From the human T2T-CHM13v2.0 reference genome, Homo sapiens: 64,000 bases of DNA. The stretch lies in the NCBI RefSeq assembly GCF_009914755.1, contig NC_060947.1. The stretch is one strand, 5' to 3'. Below the pieces are notes generated by a model that had not been told where the DNA came from, did no database searches, and worked only from the letters and a program-made list of their open reading frames with translations. The first letter of the stretch is position 1; each line of letters starts with the position of its first letter. Both the position numbers and the translations under genes were made by a program. Shown piece after piece: positions 12,196 to 25,907 of the stretch.

Positions 12196-12394
12196 GCTTT
12201 ATGCTTATATAACTCGGACAGTCCATTGAGATGGTTTTTCACAAAGGACTAATCTTTGCCAAGTAAGTTTTATCTCTGGTGAGACAACAGTAAAATAAAA
12301 CTATTTGCAGTACTCAAATGGTTGTCTTTTACTAGCAGATTCACACATTCATGTGTAGGATTTCTAACATCTGGGGACTGATTTTCAGCCTGGG

Positions 12395-12520
12395 TTATCT
12401 TCCAGACTGTGAGCTACTTGAGGGTAAATAAGACACCATATCTTATTTCTCCTGGTACTTCTAGTGTCAGTGTCAGTGACCAGCACATGCCAGGTGTTTT
12501 ATAAATGCTTGTTGAAAGGA
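12395..12520 (+). mobile_element. L2 3' end fragment
   Basis: ccagactgtgagctacttgaggg...ataaatgcttgttgaa. Confidence 0.7.
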
Positions 12521-13229
12521 AGAGAGGAAAGACAACTGACCCTCTCCAGAACTTGACTATCTTTTGTTTCTAATGCTTATCATGACAATGAAGAGGACAC
12601 AAAAAGGAAAATAAAATAAGGGCATCTCTGCAGATTAGGAAGAAAATTTCAATATATCCTGAAGGGAAAAAATATGATAGAACAAAACAACAGACATGCT
12701 GTAGATCACTTCTTCCCTCACTGTTGAAATATTCAATAAATCTATAGCAGCACTTACCTAACTGTCTGGTAGTATCTTAGTATTTAGGACTAAATTTCAA
12801 CTCAGTTGATCCTTTGAATTCAATCCCAGATAAGTTTTAAATATATATGTTGTTCATGTCTGAGACACTTAGGATGACAGGTATATTATCATTAGGCTAT
12901 ATTCAGTAACTAATAAAGAAATTATTAAGAAAGGGAAGTACAAAATGCCTATGTAATTGTAGAGGAGCTGCCTCATTCATTTGATGCAATAGAGTCAGTG
13001 AGCTGTCTGGAAGAAAAACTATTTTCCTCCAAAGCATTTGGTAGTTCCCTCTTGATTTGAAAAAAAAAAAAAAAATCAACGTTACTCTGCATGCCATTTT
13101 GGAGGCGTTTTGACATGGCCGAAACCTGCCTTTCCTTTTTTCACCCCAGCCTCTGCTCTGCCATTTTACACCATTTTCCATTCTTAATTGCTTACTCTTC
13201 TGTGCCTTTAGTCTTGCTCTTCCAGTGGC

Positions 13230-13495
13230 CAGGAAGATATCTCCCTCACTTTCTCTACTTCAAGTAGCCTAATTATCCTTCAGTGCTCAGCTCAGATGCA
13301 GTCTCCCCAAAGCAGCCTTCCTGGACTTCCCCAGGCTGAATTCATACCTTCCTCCATGTTTCCTCTGCTTTGTATTATGTGCAGCTTTTATGGATGCCTC
13401 CTACAACTACATTGTATTTATCTTCCACAGTTCCTAGGTAGCACATTCCACACAGTAATACTCAATAGAGGTTTATTGAGTGCTTAAGTGGAATT
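13230..13495 (+). mobile_element. L2 fragment
   Basis: atccttcagtgctcagctcagatg...gcagccttcctggac...cacagtaatactcaatagaggtttattgag. Confidence 0.6.
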
Positions 13496-14624
13496 GCTTT
13501 AATGTCATGGTCCTGTTTCTTATTGTCTTCCTCTGCATCAGAAGGAGGACATGTAGAATTGGCTGCTCTTTGCTTTTTACAGCAGGTCAAAATAAATGCA
13601 AGCTCTGACACATTACATGGAATTGAAATTAAGAAGAAAGAGTATGATGCTTGTTATCAGTGGAATCATGGGCATGGTAGGAGAAAATTATGCTAGTGAC
13701 AGGACTGCTAGTCTCAACCTAGGAAACTGGCAGTAGTTGGCTTTGTGACTGCAGCCAAAGATTATACCATATTATATTAGTTGAATGGTTGAATATATAT
13801 CTGTTCTTGAAGGAATAGTATGTAATTAATCTCTAGTTTTTAAAATATATTTATGATAAGAACTCTGTTTCCCCTGTATTTTATTTTTCTTAGGTTGTTA
13901 AAAAAAACTACTGACATCTTTCAAACACTTTACTCAATATTCCCCCAAAAGCATCAGCAGCAAAAGTTTATGAATATTTTTATTAGAGATGATTTGGATT
14001 TTATTCCTGCAACACAGAGCTAGAAAAATTTTAAGGTCATTAGCCATAAGAGTTTTAAATACATTGTCATTCGAGTATGTTAGTTTTAGCTTCATAGTTC
14101 TCTGTTATCTTTAGCTTTTCCCATTTTTAAGTTAATAATGATAAAAATAAATTTCATACTTATTAGCTTTTTTCATCCTAAGGTGTTTAACAAACCTTAG
14201 GGGTACAAATATAATGTGTAGCAATCCATATGCTTGCTCATAGGTTTATGGCCCTAAGAGCATCATTTGATCACAATTATTTTTGTTTCATTGACATTCC
14301 ACACAATCAACTGAAGAATTGGGTCCTAAGTTACTGGAAAAGTACAAGTAGAAACTCTTGTCTAGCCAGTTAACGTGTCTTTGAATATCTTTATTTCTAT
14401 TCTTCCTTCCTTTCAACAACCCTTTGTTACATAACAGCTATGGTTGGGTTCAGAGCCCAAGACTAGGGGTATAAAGATCAACAAGGTTGTTAAAAGTTCA
14501 TATATATATATATAAAATATACATGCATATCTATGAGTTAGGTTAAAGGTATATATAAATATGTGCGTGTATAGTTAGAAGTATAAATGAGAAGTACATT
14601 GTCAGATGTGTATACATATCCTTA

Positions 14625-14870
14625 GTAATTTTAATTTCCTAATTGTTTACTCTCTGCCAGGCACTGTGCCAAATAGTTTATGTGCATCATCTCATTTAAC
14701 ACTTGCAACAACTCTGTGAGGTATCATTATCGTATGGTGCAAATAAGAAAACCAAGACTCAGAAATATTATTATTATCTATTTTGCCCAAGTCTGTCAGC
14801 TAACAGTTGTCACAGTCAGGGTTGAAACCCAAGTGTGTCTGACTTCCAAGCTCATTCTCTTTCCCTATGT
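14625..14870 (-). mobile_element. MIR SINE
   Basis: tgccaggcactgtgccaa...atctcatttaac...caactctgtgaggt...ttgcccaagtc...tgtctgacttccaagc. Confidence 0.8.
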
Positions 14871-15479
14871 TTTTAAGTGTCTCTGGTTGAATCAGATGCT
14901 GATTTCTTCCCAGAAGTCTAGATTCAGAATTAAAGGAACAAAAGAATGAAAGTATTAAAATGGTTGCTTGAATATCAAAACTGGATGGTCATGAATACCA
15001 AAGATCTATTTGTTTTATTATATATATATATGCTCTGGCAATCCTGCATTGGAGTAGAGAGTCAGTTCTCAGACAATAGTTCTCTATTTGAATCAGAGCA
15101 ATGAAATGCAGCAATTCAGTGACAGTTGCATCCCCCTTAGGTTCCCCAACTGAAGACCACCTTCTGGCTGGATTACTTTATGGTGTGGTCCTTTTGGTAC
15201 TTCAGTAGCTAAGAAAGTGTTTTCAGATTAATAAGATGTTGAAACACCAGATGAGCCATCAAGGGGTGTGCAAGGTCTCTATCCTTAAGAATCTCCATGT
15301 TGAGAAAACTGTTCATCCTAGATAGCTGAACCGTTCACCTCTTGGGATCTTTGACAATTCTGTGATTTTTGCAAGACATGCACACTTATCAAGTTAATTT
15401 CACCTTAAGCCAAAATCTCCTTTGTAGCTCTTTATAACCAAAGTGCCAGCAAATCAACAAGGTGTCTCTGACCACCCTT

Positions 15480-15720
15480 GGACTGGATTAGACTCTCTAT
15501 TAGGCACTTGTGGTACTTTTTGCTTCATAGTATTTCTTACTCTTAGAGTTCAGTGATTATTTGTGTAATGCCTGTCTGCCATGCTGGACTATGAACTCCA
15601 GTTGGACAGAGACTGTATTTGTAATGCTCAGTACTCCACCTTACCTGCGGTGCTTAACCTTGTGGCTGGCAAATAGCAGGAAGTCAATATATATTTATTG
15701 ATGGAAAAATAAATGACTGA
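15480..15720 (+). mobile_element. L2 3' end fragment
   Basis: ctggactatgaactcca...ggacagagactgtat...gtcaatatatatttattga. Confidence 0.6.
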
Positions 15721-17639
15721 AATTTAATAGAAGACTGAACACATACAACCATGCAGCGGATTTAGTGTTGATTTATGCTACAGTGATTCTCATTCTTAAT
15801 ATTTAAGCACACCCCTAGTTCAATACCTCTTTCATGACCTAACAGCTCTAGGGGTTTTATGTGATGGAGGGCAATTCTGTTTGCTTGGTGATTACAAGAG
15901 GACAGATACAATATTTACTAGCCTTAGCAATTCCTGAGCAAATGTGGTCCCTGGAGAAGGGAACATAGTAATAAAGCAGGGAAACCTAGCCGTTATCTTG
16001 AAGCAAAGCCACACAGGCATCAAGGCTGCAGCTCGCATTCCTGTGGTCTGGAGCTCTGGAGTTTTCAAGGGTTATTTATGGTGACACTGATGAGACACTT
16101 CATTTAAATACTGTAACTGCTGAAGTATCCCAGAATGAAAAACTCAGCTTACGGTGGAGTCAATACCTTGTTATTTCTTTTAACTCTCTGATATACCATT
16201 GTTTCAAGGATTTACACTAAAATACTTGAGTCTTGAGTCCTAAAATGACCCAAGAGAGATAAACTGACCATGGCTGCCTCCTGTACATAGGATTTGGTTT
16301 CTTAAAATGAAGCTCACTCTTATCTTTACTCAGCCCATTGTTCTTTAATTGGTCAAATGACGCTATAAATGAAGGACTTTGATAGCAAAAAATAAATGTT
16401 TTATACATTGCTAGAAAAAGCTTTAGGAGAAAATTTTAGCAAAAGAACAGATTCTTTCTTGTTTCTATAGAAACCAGTAGTGATCAGGAGGAGCGAGGTG
16501 TTCTTTTAAGCATACACATTAGTAAGGCCAGCTCAGCAGTCTCCAGCATACTGGAGAGCTGGAGTCAGAGACCCACTAGCTGGGGGAGTGCCTCTGTCTG
16601 AGTCCTTTTGATATCATTGGGAGTTGGGGACATCTTGCTGGAAATACCTGGTTCCTCATAAGCTGAGTAGGGTTGCAGTCCACAGTCACTCAGCATCATA
16701 GAGCCAGAAAGGTTTTTAAAGGAATCTCCTGTCAAAAGGGGAGGAAAAAGATAAACATAGGAAAGCTTTAATATCAGATGTCAACAGGCCTTTAAACATG
16801 CTCTTTACCACTGAGCAATAAATACCCTGGTTGAGTCCTGACCAGATCACTTATAAACTGTCCAAAGTACGCATTCGAATCATTGGATTGTATGACAATT
16901 TGTTTCCCTTTTGGTTTGTCTACTTCCATAAAATCTTTAAAAAATGAAATTTGAATTAAATGTATCTTTTAAAGTTAAATTTCTAGAGCTGTTAGATTCC
17001 TGACAAGTGAATGTTGGACAAGACTTACAATCAAATTCCAAAGCAAATACTTTTCTAAAGCCTAATCAGTACTACAGCTTTCAATGATTTCTCTAGTCTT
17101 TTAAATGAAGTTTAGGTCAAATGTAATGACAGGATGAAGCAGATGCATTTTGCTTCAACCTGACATGCCCCAGAAGGTAAGAGAAATATCTGGTAACTGA
17201 CAAAAGAGTTTTCTGTTTGCTTGACATTTACTTTGTATGTAAATAATCCAGTATATTGGCATGTCAATATATTAGTTAGTGGTGGCCCAAAACATGATGC
17301 GAATTTAGATAGTATTTCTTTCTGCTCACAAATATACACTCTTGATCAACAAGAGAACATTTATTGCAATCTTGCCTTGCAGTTGGCAGAGCAGAATGAA
17401 TCGTTTTGAAATATAAACTTCCTCAGATCTAAAATATATCACAGGAAAACACAAGACATAAGGGGAGTGGATTATGAAATAAAAGGAGCATATTTCGTAA
17501 TCTATAGGTTATAATCATTAAAGATTGCCATTAGTAAGATGCTGGGCCAAATGTGTAAGACTACATTTGGTAAGCAGGTATGAAAAGCTCATGATTTCCT
17601 TGAAACTGTTCTTTGGAAGCAACACTGCATTGTGGAATG

Positions 17640-17895
17640 GTAAGAAGTGGCCCCTTACTGGCTGTGTGACCTTGGGTAAGTCACTTTCCCTCTCTGACTT
17701 CAGTTTCCTCATCTGCAAAATGGTAGTAGTAAAAATGATGGTGATGGTGATAATGATCATGATGATGAGGAGGAGGAGGAGGAGGAACAGAAGTAGGAAT
17801 AGGAGGAAGAGGATTTCTCTATCTAGGGTTGTAAAATTTAGATAAGAAAATCTAGAAAACTCTGCATATAGAAGATGTACAATGTGAGTCATATT
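17640..17895 (+). mobile_element. MIR SINE with internal compound trinucleotide tract (17722-17810)
   Basis: ggctgtgtgaccttgggtaagtcactttccctctctgacttcagtttcctcatctgcaaaatgg, then (GTA)/(GAT)/(GAG) runs, then agggttgtaaaatttagataag. Confidence 0.85.
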
Positions 17896-19200
17896 CCTTT
17901 CTACTTTCCCTAAGAACAAACCATGTTAGTACTTAACATTTCGCTTTTACCAAGCTTTTAGCGGTCGTTTCTTTGCTATTCAATGAGAACTGAAGTTTTG
18001 CTGAAATATGGGAAAAGTAACCAAACATCTCTAAAAAACAAAACAAAGCAAAACAAACAAAAATACAAGGAGTAAGAAATATGCCATATTTTCTAGACAC
18101 ATTTTATTTCAGTTTTTTCCCCTGGGTGTAGAGTTAGGGTGCAAAATCTATCAAATTCTTCTATTAATTTTAAATTAAGAAATGTGGAGATTTGCTATGT
18201 TAGAACCAAAGCTTTCCTGATTCTCTGAGGATAACTGTGTGTGTGTTTGACCTCTAGAGCTGAAGTCACGGTGTTAGCCCCTTGTGACATTAGTGTTCAG
18301 AAGCTCTTTCTATGCATGGATAAATCTTGGTTGTCTAGCACAGGTTGTGAAACATAATAGGGGCTCATTAAATATTTGTTTAATGAATAAATGAAATTAT
18401 TATGCAATAAAATTAAAAATGTAATGTTTAGCAAACTACTCTCAGTACATTTGTTTCAGTGATTTTTTCATACAATCATACATGATATCAGACCACATGT
18501 AATATATATAAAAAGGATAGCTGTCAGTAAAATGGAAAGAATCCTTGTCTCCATCTCACTGGCTTGATTGATATATACTCATATCCAATATTTCCTATAG
18601 ACAGGCTACCATAATTAATTTGATTATTCTTTCACATAATTTTGATGGATCAAGATGCAGACGATTTATAATTTCTACCAATCCAAAGTGTACAGTGTAT
18701 GTTTATTTTGGTCTGTAATCTCCAAACAGTCATTGTCATCATCATCAAGCCTACTTTGAACCGTACAAGCTACATAGTGTCACATCTACATGGTTATAGA
18801 CCCTCAGTATGCTTAAGATGAAATTTCATATCACCCAATAAGAAATCTTCATTATTTATTAAGAATGAGTCAGGAAGAGAAAGCAGTTGTGATTTCTTGG
18901 CTTATTTCTCTGACAACCTCTTCAATTTGAACCAAGCAATCATTACTCATTTTTTAATACACACCACACACATAGGTGGATCAAGATTTGAAGTCTCATA
19001 ACATTTAGTAAAGTAGAAATACGCATCTTCGTAGAAGAAATGTGGAATGTGTACTTGTATTCTTCCTTTTCATTTCAAAGATAGTGCTGCTTACAACACT
19101 GATGATCTGGGCATGCAGATGTGACTGAAAGGGTCTGTGTAATGACAATCCTTCTACCTGAGACACAGGACGTTCTCCCTTTGCATAGGGCCTGGTGCTT

Positions 19201-19681
19201 TGTATTGGTTTCCTGGAGCTGCTGAAACAAAACACCACAAATTGGTGTGGCTTAGAACAATAGAAATGTTTTGTTTCCCAGTTCTAGAGGCTATAACTTC
19301 AAAATCAAGGTGTTGGGAGGGCTATGCTTCCTCCAAAGGTCCCAGGAAAGACGTGTTCCATGCCTCTTTCCTAGCTTCTGGTAACCGCATCCGTTCCTTG
19401 GATTGTTGATCCATCGCTCCAATCCTCCACCTTTACATGGCCATCTTCTTCCTGTGTCTTCCCATCCTCTTGCCTCTATGTGTGCCTATCTGTCTGTCCA
19501 AATGTCCCCTTTTTATAAGGATACTAGTCATATTGGATTAGGGCTGACCCTAAGACCCTCATCTTAACTTGATCACCGCTGAAAGATCCCTATTTCCAAA
19601 TTAGGTTACATTCTGATGTGCTGAAGGTTAAGACTTAAACATATTTTTTTGGAGGGGGTGGAAACAATTCAATTCATAACA
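19201..19681 (-). mobile_element. MLT1C-like MaLR solo LTR, near full length
   Basis: tgtattggtttcctggagctgctgaaacaaaacaccacaaattgg...tataaggatactagtcatattggattaggg...caattcaattcataaca. Confidence 0.85.
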
Positions 19682-20544
19682 AATTTTCATACTAAAGTTT
19701 GTTCTTTGCAACTGCACCTCTGGCACTTGTGGTATAGATGAAGCATTAGCTCAAAAAACCCAACTGTATTCTTTGGAGCTGCTTTTCTGGGCAAGCCTGT
19801 GGACTACTTAATTGTTATCAAAGTTCTACCATTAGGCCGCTTGACTTGAAGCCATGCTTCTGTGGATTCTTAAAGATGACACTTCTGCCCTCCTGCCTAT
19901 GATTACTGTGCATGATTAGCTGCAGCATTGCTTTCCAAATGTTCCAGAACTTGGCATTTCCAGTAATTTAGCTTGGACTGGTCTCTACTCTGCACCACCC
20001 GCTACCCCCAACTGCAGCTCATCTGGGTTCGTAAGTTTGGGTCTGAAAGATATCAAGAAAATTTAAACTTTGGGGCACATTTTCAGTGGGAAAACAGATG
20101 GAAAAGCTGTATGGGAGTGTAAAGTAAAAGATTGTATTGATCAAAGAGAGGAATTCTCAAAGTCTTGTAGCTAAACTTATTCCTGTGGGAAAAGCTGCTA
20201 ACCCAAATCCTCCTAGACAAATAATGCCAATTAAAAAAAGGCACTGAGTTCACTGGCTTAAAAGCAGTCATTCTCAAGATAGTATTATCATTTTAAAGCT
20301 TCTAAAAGCTTTCTGGGAAGCCTGAGTCGGTTCATTGTCCTAAGGACAGATGGACACCTGATAAAGTATTTATGGCCCAATCTAACTAAGGATCAGCACA
20401 GGGTCAAAGGGCCAGTGATAATAGGACTAATATCTCTAGATCCACCTACATATAGGAAGCACTTTCTAAAAGTTATGAGAAAAAAGATTATTCAGCCTGA
20501 GGCATTAGCAACTATTTTGATTAAATATTGGTAGGGAGCTTAAA

Positions 20545-21520
20545 GGTCATCATCAAGTAAGTGAAAAGACACATCACAGAATGAGAAAAATATTTGTAAA
20601 CCATAGATCTGATAACATACTAGCATCCAGAAAAGACAAAAAAAAAAAACTGTTACAAAATAATTCAATTAAAAATTGGCAAAGCATCTGAATAGATATT
20701 TATTCAAAGTAGATACACAAATGCTAATAAATACATGAAAAGACACTGAATATCTTAGTCATCAGGGAAATGCAAATATTAATAAAAACCATGAGACACC
20801 ACTTCACACCCACTAGAATCACTATGCCCAAGAAGATACACAGCAACAAGTGTTGGCGAGGATGTCGCGAAATTAACACCCTTTGCTTGTGGAAATGTAT
20901 TAAATAAAATTATGCAGACACTGTGGAAAACAATTTGGGAATTCCGCAAAAAGCTAAATATCGAATTTTCATGTGACCCAACAATTACGCTTCTAAGTAT
21001 ACATGGAATAATATTTAAGACATATGTCCACATAAAAACTTGTACTGGAGTGTTCATGGCAACATTACTTGTCACAGCCAAAAGTGGGAATGACTCAAAT
21101 ATCCATCGACTGATGAATGGACAAACTAAATGTGGTCTATCTATACAAAGAATATTACTCAACCACAAAAGGAAGGAAGTACTGATGTGTGTCACAATTT
21201 GCACTACAATTTGGATGAACATTGAAAACATTATGCTAAGTGAAAGAAAAAACAGACATAAAAGGTTACATATTATATGATTCAACTTATATAAAATACA
21301 CATAATAGGCAAATTCATAGAGTGGTTGTCAGGGGCTGCTGGGAGGGGAGAATGTAGAGTGACTGCTAATAGGTACAGGGTTTATTTTTGAAGTAATAAA
21401 AATGTTCTGGAATTAGATAGTGGTGTTTGTTGCACATCTGTGAATATGAAAGGACTACAGAATTATCGACTTTGAAATGGTAAATTGTATTATCTATGAA
21501 TTATATCTCAGGAAAGTTTT
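20545..21520 (+). mobile_element. L1MB-type ORF2 end and 3' UTR
   Basis: decayed ORF2 C-terminus (TLWKTIWEF...KLNIEFSCDPTITLL) then 3' UTR gaaaacattatgctaagtgaaaga...tgaattatatctca. Confidence 0.85.
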
Positions 21521-21897
21521 TAGAAAAACAGTTTCACTAACTAGCTTTAATATTCACTGATGATTCTTTGAAACAGCAACTAGATATATTGTTTACAACT
21601 TAGACCAACAATTTTTATTTCAGAAAGAGTATTTTATCATTGGCATTTAGAATTGCTGCTGCATGGTGATGATAAATAGCAGACAGACTTAAAAATTGTT
21701 AGGGAAATTATGTTAGAAAACATTAATCACTCTAGTTTTGTAAGAATTCACCCAGCTTCCAGAAAAAGATACACAGGCTGGTTTCAGTGGTGGATCAACC
21801 AGCAATGACAGTCAAAACTTTGTAGTTTGCTGGCTTTTCAGTTGTAAGGTCAGCCATGGACTCCATGAAGCCTCTGGGACCCTGATCCCCAGCACAT

Positions 21898-21911
21898 CCA
21901 CTAGAGGGGGA
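21898..21911 (+). promoter_or_regulatory. candidate CTCF motif
   Basis: CCACTAGAGGGGGA matches CCASYAGRKGGCRS at the first 11 positions. Confidence 0.3.
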
Positions 21912-23324
21912 GCAAGGGAGACAGAAGAAACATGCAATGAGTGGTCTTGGGGTGGCTAAAAGCCTGGGGGAAGTGCTATATGGAGTGGATAGGAATTTGA
22001 ACTTCTAGACCAACGTATAGTTTCCGGATATTGTGAGTGTCTGTGGAATGCGATAATCGATACTAACCTCTTGGTCTTTAAAATGGTGATAAAGACTTTT
22101 TTTTTTGTCCTCAAGAATCACATGGAAAGCACCTTAAAATTAGAATCTGTTTGCATTGGACATCAGGGATCTTTTAAAATTACATTTTAAGAAAAAAACA
22201 TGTGGAGGAAGGTTAAATTTGATGTGAACAATCCTTGAAAACCAACTGCAGACATTTAAGGTTAACGTGTCTTATTCCCACAACATAGGCAACTTTAGTG
22301 TTTTTTGCAGTCATGGAAACAAGTTTGGGTTAAATGATATAGAGATTTGAAGCTTTACTCTTTGAAGTGAAGCTAAAAGATAGAACAAATGGAATATTTC
22401 TTGTATTTGGGGAGAAAGAAAAATCATGATTCCACAGTAAAGTTAGTATTAGCGGTCATGTTCCGATGTGACAATCCAAACTAGAAATGTGGGGCAAATT
22501 TCTATTTCTGAGACTCCAAATTAAAAATCTTGGAGCTGGATTTTTTCACCCTTAGCATCGTGTACTCTGCCTTGATAAGGAGGAGACAAAGGATAAGCCA
22601 ACAATCTTTTAAGATAATAAATATAGAGAGATAGTTGAGATTTAACCCAATCTATATGTCTCACAGCAACATCAGGGGTTTTGATGACCTGAATCATCCA
22701 AAGAAAGAATAAATATTGCTCAGTAAGGATTTAATAACAACTAAATTTTTTTTATTGTCTGAGTCATGGAAATCAGTAATCCTTGTCTATAGTGTACTGA
22801 TGGCTCATGAAAACATTAATTCTCAACAATATATAGTCAATTCCCACCAATCCTAAAAGCAGATTATCTAATATGTAGATTATTTCTGGCCCTTCTGCCC
22901 TAGTGACAAAGGGAAAAGTCGGGCCTTTGTGAATGGATGTGATTGAATAGCTCTATAAGGGTTGGTGTCGACAAGGCCAAAGTTAGTGGATTCTTCATTA
23001 TGATTCATGGCCTCTTGTAGTCAGAAACACCCAGCAAACTGAGCCATAACCACAGCTCTGGGTTTGGTTGCTTTGATCTTAGTCAATGACCTGGAAATCT
23101 TTCTTAATAATAGGAGCACACAGATTCATTCTGTAGCACAGCAAATTGTTTATTCTTGTTTGGGTCAAATTGTTTAGGGAAGGGGTTGTGACTGAGGATC
23201 TTACTTCTGGAGGCAAGGAATGGTGGGCTGAATTTATGGTACTCTTTCCTGCCCTGCCCTTGTGCTTCATGAAGATGATGGCACAACAGCTGTGGCCTTA
23301 GTCTTTACCCAACTGCTAATATCT

Positions 23325-23470
23325 AATAATAGTTACTACCATTTACTGGGTACTGGACTGTGACTTTTACTTACCTTGTCGTTTAACTCTCAAGAAAAAG
23401 CTAAGAAGTACACATTATTGTTTCCATTTCAGGGATGATGAAACTGAGAGTCTGAGAAGTCTGTAAGTAT
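23325..23470 (-). mobile_element. MIR SINE fragment
   Basis: taccatttactggg...attattgtttccatttcagggatgatgaaactgag. Confidence 0.6.
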
Positions 23471-23531
23471 AGTATCAGTAACTGCTTTCATTGGAATATT
23501 GTGCAGATTCATAAATACATACATAGTGCTG

Positions 23532-23533
<2 letters not shown>

Positions 23534-23585
<52 letters not shown>
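23534..23585. repeat. (GT)21(GA)5 microsatellite
   Basis: read directly. Confidence 0.95.
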
Positions 23586-25370
23586 CTGAGCACTGGACAC
23601 TGTGCCTGGGACAAGAGAAGCACTAAGTAAATGAGAGTCACATTTTTTTTTGTCCGACATAGCACTGACTATTTTGCCAATGCCTACCTAGCAGATTCAA
23701 TAGGTAATGGTTGAATTGAATTAAAATCTCACTAAATATTTTTCAAGTTGGCTTTCCTTCTGTAATTAGCTTTCTTACAATTTGAGTGGTAATTGGTTGA
23801 TGGAAAGAATAATTAATAATAAAGGTTGTTTATTTGTGGGGTGAGCATTTATCACTGTTCTCATTTTCACTCTTTTCCATCAGCATTTAATTCACGAAAA
23901 GGAGTATAAGTTAACTATAGAGAAATTATATTACTGAATATTGAATGGCAATTACAATACATAATATGTTTTCCTTTTAATTAGCAAATAGACTGTTCAT
24001 TATGTTTTAGATAATTGTTACATATCACTTCATTTTATTTCTTTATCATTTGTGGCAGGTGATTACGTTTCCACAGGGTATAATTTTTAATCACATTATT
24101 TTGAAATTTGATTGCAAGATTATGCAGTACAGAATTCAGTGTATTCAAATCACCCTGAATCTCTCACATTCTTTGCTTCTGGAAAATTTGCCCTTCTTTC
24201 TTCTTTCCTGAATATGTATGATAAGCAAGAATTCAAAATTAATGAAGCCCAGTACTGGTGTAAATCTCTCTAAATTGCTCATATTTAGAGATCTTTGAAC
24301 TTGAACTCAGAAACTTCAACTTGTGTCCCATTGCAATAGCCATCTCTTTTAAAATCAGTCTTTTTTTGCTAATAAATGCAAATAATGTGTAAGTGCAAAT
24401 AATAAATTATATAATAAAATAGAATAGAATATATAATTATCTGATATTATAATATTATATATATAATAAATACAAATAATAACATTTCTGACTCCTCAAG
24501 GAGCTAAATAGCATGTGGTGTGTTGTTTCTAGCTTTCTTCTCTCCTGTCTTTGAGTAATTGGGCTGATCATGCCCGTTGTTGCCTGCTATGGGATTGACA
24601 CTGCAAGTTTAGCTATGACAAGAATTCAGTAGCAGTGTACAGGTTGCTTGAACACAGACAGACCTCCCTGCTTCTGTTTTGGTAATGTTTATAATGAAGG
24701 AAAGATCATAGGCAGCAGCACCTATTACAATTATTGTTATATTCAGGCATTGGCAGATATGGCACCCAGATGCTTTGCTGCAGTTTGTCTTAATAACTGG
24801 ATTATCTGATTTCCTACAAGTTCTGCAATGACAAAGTGGCAGCCTTTGGGGGAAAGTTTCATAGAATGAGCACTGTTTTAGGCAAGGCAGCCAACTTGGT
24901 TTAAAATCAGATCCTATCAGAGGAATGAGCAGAGTCTACAATTATAGGTCATACAAAGATTGTGAAGATATTAAACGTGAAGCAAAACTCTTTAATTTCC
25001 TTATTTAATTTTGTTCTGAGGAGTTTAAATAATACTGCTTAATGCTATCAGGATGATGTCAGTACTTCGAGGAAATAACTTTCCTATTTAGACTTGGTCA
25101 TGCAGTCTGTTTAACAGCTATTTCCTTTATAATGGCATGTTGCATTTCCCAGCATTCCTTAGGGCATGCAAGGAGAACGGCATGGTCTTCTTGAATAATT
25201 AATATGGTTTTCTGAGCAGTAGTCATGGAAACCCAAGCAGTGTCACATATTTGGATTATAAGAATTAGGCACATTTTGAATATAACGTTTAACCGAAAAG
25301 GTGGCTACCCACCAAAAACGAAAGTCTTTTTCCCAATTCCCCTAGTTTAGCGACATGAATGTGGTTTGGG

Positions 25371-25406
25371 GTGTGTGTGTGTATGTGTGTGTGTGTGTGT
25401 GTGTGT
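25371..25406. repeat. (GT)n microsatellite with one interruption
   Basis: read directly. Confidence 0.95.
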
Positions 25407-25868
25407 GAGACAGAGAAAAACTAATCCTTGCTTCATAATACAATTATTTTTATATTTTTGTGTTTGAATTGCTTAATTGGTTCTCTTCGCTCTATTTTTG
25501 AATTCTCTGTTTAATTGAAATGTTTTCACATGCAAGCTTCTGTTTTCATACTTTATCTAGGGCTGCTCAGTCACAGGTTATTACTTTTTTATTAAAGAGA
25601 AAATGTAGAACTTAATTTACAATAAAATAGCATAGACCACTCACTGTCTTGAGTATCTCTAAGGTATCACATCCTTTCTAATGCTGCCCCAAACCTCTGA
25701 TGTTATTAGGTTGTAAGATTTTCAAGTGTGTTAGACAATTGCTATTCATGAAAAAGCCTAGTGTTACTGCGAAGTTTCTAGACCTGCTCTATTAGACCAG
25801 TTGTATATATGGTTCTTTTATTTGTCTCAAAAAGTGTCTCTTCAGAATCAATATCGTCATTACCTTGG

Positions 25869-25907
25869 ATGTGTGTGTGTGTGTGTGCGCGCACACACGT
25901 GCGCACA
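25869..25907. repeat. alternating purine-pyrimidine tract (GT)n(GC)3(AC)n
   Basis: contains the 18-bp palindrome gtgtgtgcgcgcacacac (25881-25898). Confidence 0.9.

Noticed and set aside
17518-17919. Arg/Met-rich and Leu/Ile-rich ORFs
   Set aside because: MIR plus trinucleotide microsatellite.
20779-21318. 179 aa and 122 aa ORFs
   Set aside because: Antisense and sense readings of a decayed L1MB 3' end.
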